A stretch of 20,529 nt of DNA from the NCBI GenBank assembly GCA_050178385.1, contig JBFXGD010000056.1:1-20529 (forward strand), written 5' to 3'. The notes beneath the pieces are model-generated. The model made no database searches and was not told the origin of the DNA. It saw only the letters and a program-made list of their open reading frames with translations. Below, piece by piece: positions 1-8,324 of this stretch (the stretch's first letter is position 1; each line of letters begins with the position of its first letter). Origin of the DNA: Calditrichaceae bacterium (GTDB lineage: Bacteria; Calditrichota; Calditrichia; Calditrichales; JBFXGD01). The position numbers and the translations under genes were made by a program.

Positions 1-180
1 CTAGCAAATCCCTTTCGTTTTCCAGAAGGCTTTGAATTTGTCTTGACAGTAGGCCATATATTACTTTTTTTGATGATGATTCGATTTTACGAAACCCTTC
101 CCCCATACAAACCTTACATAGAATGTATCGAAAAAATGATGTTACAAATGACTTTCAGAGCCTGAGCCTGAAACAAATTC

Positions 181-654
181 TTACAGATCCCGTTTTTTTC
201 TAATGGAAATGATTATATCCCATTCCTTTTTAGAAACAGGCTGCACGGATAGCCGGCTGCCCTTTTGCAGCAAAACCATATTTTCCAAACCAGGTATAGA
301 TTTTAACTCATCCAGTGTGACTGGTGATTCAAATTCCTTATATGCCTGGATGTCAACCATCATCCAGGCGGGATTTTCCGGCTTGCTTTTCGGATCGAAA
401 TACCTGTGTCCGGAATCAAAGGCAAAATGATCAGGATATGCTTCTTTAATGATTTTGGCAATTCCCATGATGGCCATGGGTTTGACGACGCTATGATATA
501 TAAACGCCAGATCGCCGGTCTTCATATCATCCCGGATATAGTTTCGCGCCTGATAATTGCGCACACCCTCCCATGATGTTGACTGATCTGATTCTTTTCT
601 TAAATCAGACCAGGAATAAGAGTTGGGTTCAGTTTTGAGAAGCCAGTACTTCAT
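181..654 (-). CDS. EVE domain-containing protein (THYN1/Thy28-like, PUA-related)
   Basis: MKYWLLKTEP, WEGVRNYQARN, FIYHS, YFDPKS and SRLSVQPV are EVE-family motifs. The likely start is ATG at 654, preceded by a GGGAGAG RBS; the ORF track starts at 669. Confidence 0.93.
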   Translation of the reverse strand: MKYWLLKTEPNSYSWSDLRKESDQSTSWEGVRNYQARNYIRDDMKTGDLAFIYHSVVKPMAIMGIAKIIKEAYPDHFAFDSGHRYFDPKSKPENPAWMMVDIQAYKEFESPVTLDELKSIPGLENMVLLQKGSRLSVQPVSKKEWDIIISIRKKRDL

Positions 655-684
655 TTCTCTCCCGGTCATATGATGAATAAAATT

Positions 685-1437
685 TCAACTTTCCATCCAG
701 AATTCATGATTCGTTTCATCCCTTATATCCCATTCCTGAGCGGTATATTCGTCATCCGCGGTTTCCAACAGAATCCAGGATATAAATTTCGCGACCATCA
801 ATGGCGCGCTTAACTTATTTTGCTCTTTCAGACTGATAAATTTTTGTAATGCCGGAAAATCGGATTTGGAGACACCTCTGATTTTTTCCTGCATGGGAGT
901 ATCAACCACACCGGGACGAACACTGCCCACGCGAATATTTGTATCCTTCAGTTCCTCACGCAATATAAGATATAACATATAAAGAGCCGCTTTTGATGTG
1001 CTGTATGCTCCCCAGCCCGCGTAAGGATGATGCGCCGCGCCTGACGATATATGTATGATTCTTCCGCCTTTTAAAGCTGGTAAGAGTTTTTGGGTGAGAA
1101 ACAATGGACCTTCCACATTAATCGCCTGGTGTACTCTCCAGTCATCAATATTCATCCGGCTAAGAGGCACAACAGGATCCAGCACCGCCGCGTTGTGAAC
1201 AAGATACTTTAACGAGCGCCCCGATGAAATGGCGTTGACAATTTTTTCCCGGCCATCATCGTTCCCAACGTCGGCTTGCAGAATTTTTATTCGCTCAGGG
1301 TTTTGTTTTTGGGTCAATTCAAGCTTTGATAATTTCCTGCCAACCGCAATCACATCCACATCTTTTTCCGCGAGACGGACGGCGAGCGCCTTTCCGATAC
1401 CTGAGCCCGCGCCTGTTATGATTGCCAATGGTCTCAT
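685..1437 (-). CDS. Short-chain dehydrogenase/reductase, sepiapterin-reductase/YueD-like
   Basis: TGAGSGIG Rossmann motif, HNAA, catalytic Ser (ISSGAA), YSTSK (YxxxK) and RPGVVDTPMQ. Confidence 0.9.
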   Translation of the reverse strand: MRPLAIITGAGSGIGKALAVRLAEKDVDVIAVGRKLSKLELTQKQNPERIKILQADVGNDDGREKIVNAISSGRSLKYLVHNAAVLDPVVPLSRMNIDDWRVHQAINVEGPLFLTQKLLPALKGGRIIHISSGAAHHPYAGWGAYSTSKAALYMLYLILREELKDTNIRVGSVRPGVVDTPMQEKIRGVSKSDFPALQKFISLKEQNKLSAPLMVAKFISWILLETADDEYTAQEWDIRDETNHEFWMES

Positions 1438-1461
1438 TCCACGCCTTCTATTTTATTTATC

Positions 1462-2481
1462 CTAACATAAAAAATTGATAAAGTCATTATTTGTCACATT
1501 CTTAAAGTAATGATTTAAATCAACTCTACTTAACAATTCCAAAAGATCTTCATAATAATATCTTTGACCGTTAAAGAAAGCTCCCAGATTGTCAATTCCA
1601 GCCAATTGGTCAGAAGGAGACCTCAGCGAACAACTACGAATTATTCCGTTATGTATCTCAAGTTCCGCTTTAACCCGTATTCCCGATAGGTAATCACTTT
1701 TTTTTATTTTAAATTTCGGGGATTGACCATAATTCCAATCCCAGGAACTATATTTCTTCCGGGCTAATTGGTTAATTTCCTTCCATTGCTCATCATCAAA
1801 CTTATATACATAAAAATCATTCCAGTCACCTGAGATATTATCTACTAAAATTTGCTTAAATGTATTTATATCAATTTTCGGATGAAAATATTCCCAAATA
1901 TTTGTGACCTTGCTTCGAACAGATTTTGTGCTCTTCGATTCTATTCCGCCATCAGTGCTTTTCAATGTTTTCCTAAGCCGGGTCAGATCTGTGTCAAACA
2001 GCAGAGTTCCATGACTCATCATGCGGTCCCTGCTGGTAAATTGCGCGTTTCCTGATACCTTTTTATGGTCAACCAGAATATCGTTTCTGTCGTTCAAAAC
2101 GGCCGGGACGGATAACTCTGACAATGAACGGATAATCGGCGCTATAAACATACGGTAATTATTAAATTTTTCAAAAGTGTGGCGTGTTATAAATGTAAAA
2201 TTAATATTTCCCGGATCGTGATAGACCGCGCCTCCACCTGAAATTCTTCTAAATACAGGGATTTCAGTCAACCGGAGGTACTTTTGATCGACTTCCTCGA
2301 AAATATTCTGATGTCTGCCCACAATAACGGAAGGATTATTTCTATAGACAAAAACATAATCACTGTCGATATTGAGATTCCTGACAGAAAATTCTTCAAT
2401 AGCAAGATTCACTGCCGGATCCATTTGAGCCATATTTTCAATAAAAAACAGTTTCTTCTCTTTGTTGTCCATGATATTCAA
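1462..2481 (-). CDS. lplA: Lipoate-protein ligase A
   Basis: NLAIEE, VIVGRHQN, RRISGGGAVYHD, KVSGNAQ, HGTLL, KSVRS and WDWNYGQSP. The start may be 2472. Confidence 0.92.
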   Translation of the reverse strand: MNIMDNKEKKLFFIENMAQMDPAVNLAIEEFSVRNLNIDSDYVFVYRNNPSVIVGRHQNIFEEVDQKYLRLTEIPVFRRISGGGAVYHDPGNINFTFITRHTFEKFNNYRMFIAPIIRSLSELSVPAVLNDRNDILVDHKKVSGNAQFTSRDRMMSHGTLLFDTDLTRLRKTLKSTDGGIESKSTKSVRSKVTNIWEYFHPKIDINTFKQILVDNISGDWNDFYVYKFDDEQWKEINQLARKKYSSWDWNYGQSPKFKIKKSDYLSGIRVKAELEIHNGIIRSCSLRSPSDQLAGIDNLGAFFNGQRYYYEDLLELLSRVDLNHYFKNVTNNDFINFLC

Positions 2482-2485
2482 ATCA

Positions 2486-3913
2486 TTATTTTATACGATG
2501 CAGGCGCATCATATTAGTGCCACCCTCTTCCATTATCGAACCCGCAATAATGACCAGTGTGTCATCGCTATTTATTAAATTATCCTGAGAAAGGCGATTT
2601 TCCAGATTCTCAAGCCCCTGTTTCACCTCCACCTTCTTATCCATATGCAGTGGGACCGTCCCCCAGTACAAGGCCAGACGTCTCAGGGTTTTCGGGTGAC
2701 GCGTCAAGGCCAGCACCGGAACACATGGGCGGAACTTAGACATGATTTTGGCCGTATATCCGCTCTCGGTAAAAACAACAATATATCTGGCATTGATATC
2801 TCTGGCGCTGACCGCTGCAGAATGGCAGATTGATTCAGAAAACGAATCGGGTTTTTCTTTTTGAAGAATATCACCACTCAGCCTGAAGTATTTTCCCTTC
2901 TCCGCTTCACAGATGATGCGGTGCATCATCTGAACTGATTCAACCGGGTATTTTCCAAAAGCGGTTTCGCCGGACAGCATCACTGCGTCAGAGCCATCAA
3001 ATATAGCGTTAGCCACATCAGACGCTTCAGCGCGGGTGGGAACCGGGTTAACCATCATAGAATCCAGCATTTGTGTCGCTGTGATCACCGGTACTCCAGC
3101 CGTCCTGCACTTTTCGATGATTTGTTTTTGGACAACGGGTACTTTCTCAGGCAAAATCTCAACCCCAAGATCACCCCGCGCGACCATTATTACATCTGCA
3201 ACGTCAATTATTTCATCCAAATTTTCAAGAGCTTCCGGTTTCTCCAGCTTCGCGACAACAGGAATGGTGTTATTTCCCATTTTCTTTTTTATATCTCTTA
3301 GAATATCTGCATTCCGCACAAATGATAAAGCCACATAATCGATACCATGTTCCAGTCCAAATTTCAAGTCAATCTCATCTTTTTTTGTCAATGATGGTTC
3401 TGATATCTTAACACCGGGCAGATTTATACCTTTATGATCATACAAAACACCGCCATTGACTACTATGCATTTTACATCAGTGTCACTTTTTTCTTTTACT
3501 CTCAGCTTTATCAACCCATCGTTAATAAGAATTGTATCTCCGGGGGAAACATCGTTGGAGAGGTTTTTATAGGTTGTACTTACCCCTTGCGAATCGCCTG
3601 GCCGGTCATTCGTAGAGATGGTGAATTCATCCCCCGCCTGAATGGTAACCGGTCCGTCGCTAAACTTTCCGATTCTTATTTTTGGTCCCTGAAGGTCCTG
3701 CAGAATGGCGATTGGTTTATTCAGTTTATCGGATACCCGGCGGATCATTTCAATACTTTTCAGGTGTTCTTCGTGTGTTCCGTGTGAAAAATTTAAACGC
3801 GCCACATCCATGCCGGCCATAATCAGCTTGGTCATTATTTCTTCTGATTGACTCGCCGGTCCAATGGTGCAGACCATTTTAGCTCTTTTTTCCATAGTGT
3901 AGGATTTATTCAT
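2486..3913 (-). CDS. pyk: Pyruvate kinase
   Basis: KMVCTIGPAS, RLNFSHG, DLQGPKIR, AKLEK, MVARGDLGVE, ATQMLDSM, PTRAEASDVANA and MLSGETA. The start may be 3895. Confidence 0.98.
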   Translation of the reverse strand: MNKSYTMEKRAKMVCTIGPASQSEEIMTKLIMAGMDVARLNFSHGTHEEHLKSIEMIRRVSDKLNKPIAILQDLQGPKIRIGKFSDGPVTIQAGDEFTISTNDRPGDSQGVSTTYKNLSNDVSPGDTILINDGLIKLRVKEKSDTDVKCIVVNGGVLYDHKGINLPGVKISEPSLTKKDEIDLKFGLEHGIDYVALSFVRNADILRDIKKKMGNNTIPVVAKLEKPEALENLDEIIDVADVIMVARGDLGVEILPEKVPVVQKQIIEKCRTAGVPVITATQMLDSMMVNPVPTRAEASDVANAIFDGSDAVMLSGETAFGKYPVESVQMMHRIICEAEKGKYFRLSGDILQKEKPDSFSESICHSAAVSARDINARYIVVFTESGYTAKIMSKFRPCVPVLALTRHPKTLRRLALYWGTVPLHMDKKVEVKQGLENLENRLSQDNLINSDDTLVIIAGSIMEEGGTNMMRLHRIK

Positions 3914-3933
3914 CTTACTTCAATTTCCTTATT

Positions 3934-5355
3934 TTAAAATGCATGATCTACATACATCTGTGTGAGAAGACCTTCCCTGCTCATTCCCGCGTCAACCCTC
4001 AGGACAAGATTGTTCATCATTATCCGGAATCCGCCCCCGGCGCTCCATTTCATGTCTTCATGCAGCGTGGATGCTTTCCATTCCGGCGCGACTCTTCCCA
4101 GTTCGCCGAATGCGGCGAGCTGAAGCCATTGAATTTTCAATTTCCTTGTTAATGACCATGAATTAAACGGATTCCATTTTATGATTTGCCGGTATTCAGC
4201 TCCGTAGTAAATTGCCGCCCTGTCATTAAATCGACCTTCATAGAATGCCCGCATACGGTAACGGCCGCCGAGATAAGCGCCTGTATATGACGGCGGGCGA
4301 TGATAGACTACATTTGGCGATCCGTCCGGATTGGTGCCGTCAATATGCGATGCATTCCAGGTTAATGTCTGAATAGTCCAGAAGTTCAGCGCAAGCACAC
4401 GAGGCAACGGCTGAGAAGGGTCATCCTGACTGTAGCCGAATAAAAGCTCATTTAGCGGAAGATACCATCTCCAGTCAGTTTCCACTACTGTCCATGGGGC
4501 TGAGCTGTCCAGCGCGCCCCAATCTCTCCGGAGCGCGAATTTTTTGTAACTGCCTCTTGTGGGGTTATTGAAGAAATCCATGTTGTCATGTGTCAGAGCG
4601 AATTCCAGGCCTGTTGTAGCAAATGAAATCCGTTTTCTGTAAAAGGGCATCAAATCGATAAACGTACGACCGCTTTTCAGAGGATTCCAATGGGTTCCGC
4701 CGGTTTCTCCGGAAACTAAAATACCGTTTTTAAGGATAGGATGAAAACGCGCTTTCTCCTTACCATGCCCGATGGGAAGAAGATAGCGGATATTGAATTC
4801 ATACCATTGATCAGAACCGCTTACCTCAATGTAGTCATCATCATCAGATTCATTACTTCCCGGTCTCGCTTCAGCATCCGGAAACATACCGGGCATATCT
4901 CTGTACATTTTTAAAATACCAAAATACCCTCCAAGGATATCCGGTTCAAAATACAGCCTTGGAAAAAACGGCAAATAAAATTCCCTGAATTGTATAAAAC
5001 CATACCGGGTATCATTAGTGCTGACCAGCCCTCCCATATAAAGGGACATATTCTCCTGGGATAGTCCCTGAATCCCAACAAAAGCGCCGGCTCCCCATTT
5101 GAAAATTTCACTGTAAACTCCAAACGGCAGGGCAGTTATGGTCATTTTTGACTTTTTTGTTTCAGTTTGTCTGTAACCGTCTTTGTTTTCCGGACGGGTG
5201 ATTTGTTCTAAGCTGTCAGAAGAGAGATAAGCGCTGTTAAAAACATTGCCGTGTTTTCCGGCGCTGGTTGGTTCATTCGCGTATCCGAATGAAAAGGCCG
5301 AACTGAGACAGGCGGCCATCAAGATTAAATAATTTAATTTCATATCATTTCTCAT
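3934..5355 (-). CDS. Omp85 (BamA/TamA)-superfamily outer-membrane beta-barrel protein with signal peptide and no obvious POTRA domains
   Basis: N-terminal signal peptide (LILMAACLSSAFSFGYA), DNMDFFNNPTRG, lid-like LGGRYRMRAF, FGELGRV, SAGGGFR, LRVDAG, and a C-terminal Phe (HAF). Confidence 0.75.
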   Translation of the reverse strand: MRNDMKLNYLILMAACLSSAFSFGYANEPTSAGKHGNVFNSAYLSSDSLEQITRPENKDGYRQTETKKSKMTITALPFGVYSEIFKWGAGAFVGIQGLSQENMSLYMGGLVSTNDTRYGFIQFREFYLPFFPRLYFEPDILGGYFGILKMYRDMPGMFPDAEARPGSNESDDDDYIEVSGSDQWYEFNIRYLLPIGHGKEKARFHPILKNGILVSGETGGTHWNPLKSGRTFIDLMPFYRKRISFATTGLEFALTHDNMDFFNNPTRGSYKKFALRRDWGALDSSAPWTVVETDWRWYLPLNELLFGYSQDDPSQPLPRVLALNFWTIQTLTWNASHIDGTNPDGSPNVVYHRPPSYTGAYLGGRYRMRAFYEGRFNDRAAIYYGAEYRQIIKWNPFNSWSLTRKLKIQWLQLAAFGELGRVAPEWKASTLHEDMKWSAGGGFRIMMNNLVLRVDAGMSREGLLTQMYVDHAF

Positions 5356-5385
5356 ATTTTTACGATCATGTTATTATGATCGCGA

Positions 5386-6363
5386 TTATTCTGTGTTGTT
5401 GTTTATTCTTTCTAATTCAGTTCCATAATTATGTTCCAGAATTGATCCGAACACCGGCATGAGCTCTTCAGCAATAGTTCTGACCGAGCTCTCATCAAAT
5501 ATTTCTTTCCAGACAATTCGATCATCTTTTTTGAACCAGGTCATTTGCCGCTTGGAATAATGCCTCGTATTCCGCTTTATTTGATCAATCATTTCTTCTA
5601 ATGTAATCTCGTTTTGAAAATATTGAAATACTTCTTTGTAGCCGACCGTATTCAATGAGTTTAATTCAGAACCGTATCCCATGCTTTCCAGACGCGTAAT
5701 TTCTATGAGCAGCCCATCATTAATCATTTGATCCACACGTTTATTTATTCTGTCATATAAGAGTTGCCTGCTCATTTGGATACCAAATATCCTGGGTTTA
5801 AACCCGGCTGCTTCGCCATTGTCCTCATGCCACTCCGAAAGTTTTTTCCCGGTGACAATGAACACTTCTAAACCCCTGATAATTCTTTGCCGATCTGATT
5901 GAGTAATAGAGCGCGCCAGAACAGGATCTACTGCTGCCAGCTCTTCGTGCAAGGCTTCTACGCCTTCCTGCATAATTCGATGCCTTAGGGATATGCGCAC
6001 TTTTTCATCCCGCGCGTCAAGTTTGCAGATACCGTCTACAAGCGATTTAATGTAAAAGCCCGATCCACCCACCACAATGGGTAATTTCCCCCTGTGAAAA
6101 ATCTCATCAATGACTTTTCTGGCTTCATCGGAATACATTCCGGAGCTATAATATTCATCAGGATCAAGTGAATCAATAAAATGGTGGGGAATTCTTTTTA
6201 AGATATCAGCATCCGGTTTGGCGGTACCAATATTCATATATCTGTAAATTTGACGTGAATCGGCCGAGACAATCTCTATCGGTAATCGATCCGCAAGCAG
6301 AACTGAAAGTTCTGTTTTTCCCACCCCTGTCGGACCGACTATAAACGGAACAATTTTTTCCAT
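5386..6363 (-). CDS. miaA: tRNA (adenosine(37)-N6)-dimethylallyltransferase
   Basis: GPTGVGKT, DSRQIY, IGTAKP, PHHFID, VGGSGFY and YSKRQMTWF. The ATG at 6363 (or GTG at 6366) abuts the mutL stop. Confidence 0.98.
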   Translation of the reverse strand: MEKIVPFIVGPTGVGKTELSVLLADRLPIEIVSADSRQIYRYMNIGTAKPDADILKRIPHHFIDSLDPDEYYSSGMYSDEARKVIDEIFHRGKLPIVVGGSGFYIKSLVDGICKLDARDEKVRISLRHRIMQEGVEALHEELAAVDPVLARSITQSDRQRIIRGLEVFIVTGKKLSEWHEDNGEAAGFKPRIFGIQMSRQLLYDRINKRVDQMINDGLLIEITRLESMGYGSELNSLNTVGYKEVFQYFQNEITLEEMIDQIKRNTRHYSKRQMTWFKKDDRIVWKEIFDESSVRTIAEELMPVFGSILEHNYGTELERINNNTE

Positions 6364-6365
6364 CA

Positions 6366-8189
6366 CTAAGGAATCCGCTTAAATTTGCGATCCAGTTCTT
6401 CGGTGTCAATTGTAATGATCACCGGTCGGCCATGCGGGCAGAAAAACGGAGTTTCGCAGGCAAACAATTGATCCACCATGTTATGCATTTCAACTTTCGA
6501 TAAAATTTCGCCCGATTTTATGGCGTTTTTACAGGCATAAGCAGCGCCGATTTTTTCATACTGATCGAAATCGCGTAGAGGCTCATTTCGGTAATAATCG
6601 ATAATATCCAATAATATCTGAGATTCTCTCCCAACTTTTACATCTGCTGGCATCGCTTCGATCACAATGCTCGTGCCGCTAAAAACTTTTATACTAAAAC
6701 CGATCTTATTCAATACCTGATATATGTCTTTAAACACCAGAAAATCATCATACGCCAGCGTTATTTTTTGAGGAAAGAGCAGTTTTTGTCCGAAGGACTG
6801 GCCTCCTTCCCTCAATACATGCATGATGCGTTCAAAAAGGATTCTTTCGTGCGCGACATGTTGATCTATAATTACAAGGCCGCTTTTAATTTCAGAAACG
6901 ATATAACGTCTGTGTATTTGCCAGAATATCACATCCACATTGTCTAAGGCTATATTGTCCGGCACCCAGTTAGTCTTGCGTTCATCATCGTCTTTTTTGA
7001 CATCCGGTTTAAAGTATGTCAGGCTCAATTGTTCACCCGAATACCTGGCCATGGAACGGTTTTTTGTCTTTAATTCATCTATGATATCCCTGGGTTTGTT
7101 TTCAGCTGAAAAAGATGTACTTTGCAGAGATTTTTGAACAGCGCTTCCGGTCAGGCCTTCGCTCATTTCCGGAATAACCCCTTCTTTATTCAGAGCATTT
7201 TTTACCGTGCTCATAAAAAAGTAATACAGACTTCTGTCATTGGAAAAACGGACTTCCATTTTAGTGGGATGCACATTTACATCCACCATACCCGGATCTA
7301 ATTCAAGAAAAAGCACATAGATGGGATACTCTCCCGGTGATATCAGATTAGAATATCCCTGAAAAACAGCATGGTTAAGACTTTTATCCTGAATCGGTCT
7401 GCCATTTAAATACAGATGCTGATTACCTCTCGACCGCCTCACAACATCCGGGCGGCTGATAAATCCCGTCAGTTCAATGCCACCGACACTTGCCGACAGC
7501 GGAATCAAACCGGGAAAAATCTGCTCACCGAAAATTTCCTTCACGCGCTGATCAATCATTCCGTTTTTCAGATCAAACATCTGCTTATCATCAATAGTCA
7601 CATCAAACGCGATATCGGGGTAAGCCAGAAAAAACCGTTTTAGAACAATCAGGATCTGCTGATTTTCCGTACTGTCAGCACGCAGAAAATTTCTCCTGGC
7701 CGGAGTGTTAAAAAACAGATTTTTTACAGAGATGCCGGTGCCGATGTTCGCGGCAATTTTTTTCATCTGACCGTCTCTTCCGCCGTTAAGAGTAAAAACA
7801 CTTCCCATACCATCTTCTTTACGGCGTGTTTTTATCTCTATTTGTGAAACAGAGGCGATACTCGGAAGGGCTTCACCGCGGAATCCAAGTGTCAAAATAT
7901 GACCAAGATCCGTTTCATTCTGGATTTTGCTCGTGGCATGGCGTTCAAATGCAAGTGTTAAGTCCGACGCGCTCATACCGCTGCCGTTATCAATAATCTG
8001 AATAAGTTTTTTCCCGCCGGATTCAATTATGATTGATATTTTTGTCGCGCCGGAGTCGATGGCATTCTCAACAAGTTCCTTCACAACCGAAGCGGGCCGT
8101 TCAACAACTTCTCCGGCTGCTATCTTATTTGCCAAATTCTCCGGGAGAATTTTTATTTTATTTCTGACTTCTTTCTGACCTGAAATCAT
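6366..8189 (-). CDS. mutL: DNA mismatch repair endonuclease MutL
   Basis: KIAAGEVVERPASVVKELVENAIDSG, HATSKI, GFRGEAL, VDVNVHPTK, DQHVAHERILFE, ACK and CPHGRP. The likely start is ATG at 8189; the ORF track starts at 8240. Confidence 0.98.
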   Translation of the reverse strand: MISGQKEVRNKIKILPENLANKIAAGEVVERPASVVKELVENAIDSGATKISIIIESGGKKLIQIIDNGSGMSASDLTLAFERHATSKIQNETDLGHILTLGFRGEALPSIASVSQIEIKTRRKEDGMGSVFTLNGGRDGQMKKIAANIGTGISVKNLFFNTPARRNFLRADSTENQQILIVLKRFFLAYPDIAFDVTIDDKQMFDLKNGMIDQRVKEIFGEQIFPGLIPLSASVGGIELTGFISRPDVVRRSRGNQHLYLNGRPIQDKSLNHAVFQGYSNLISPGEYPIYVLFLELDPGMVDVNVHPTKMEVRFSNDRSLYYFFMSTVKNALNKEGVIPEMSEGLTGSAVQKSLQSTSFSAENKPRDIIDELKTKNRSMARYSGEQLSLTYFKPDVKKDDDERKTNWVPDNIALDNVDVIFWQIHRRYIVSEIKSGLVIIDQHVAHERILFERIMHVLREGGQSFGQKLLFPQKITLAYDDFLVFKDIYQVLNKIGFSIKVFSGTSIVIEAMPADVKVGRESQILLDIIDYYRNEPLRDFDQYEKIGAAYACKNAIKSGEILSKVEMHNMVDQLFACETPFFCPHGRPVIITIDTEELDRKFKRIP

Positions 8190-8285
8190 ATTCTTGCCTG
8201 TAATAAAAATATGTGTGCGTTTATCACATTTCAAAAACACGTGAAATATAAATAAAATAGCGATTGAATGAAAATCGAAAGTAGG

Positions 8286-8317
8286 AAAAAGCGGATTGAA
8301 TTACATCAATCCGCTTT
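8286..8317 (-). terminator. Rho-independent terminator downstream of the antiporter gene
   Basis: Perfect 12-bp inverted repeat, AAAGCGGATTGA (8288-8299) and TCAATCCGCTTT (8306-8317), with a 6-nt loop. It ends in a T5 run on the minus strand and begins 8 nt after the stop codon. Confidence 0.85.
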
Positions 8318-8324
8318 ATTCAAT

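Noticed and set aside
1..180. TTGACA at 43-48, an 18-codon minus-strand ORF near the left edge, and a short GAGCCT tandem repeat
   Set aside because: There is no correctly spaced -10 element and no RBS or homology support for the ORF. The repeat is too short to be meaningful, and context beyond the window is missing.
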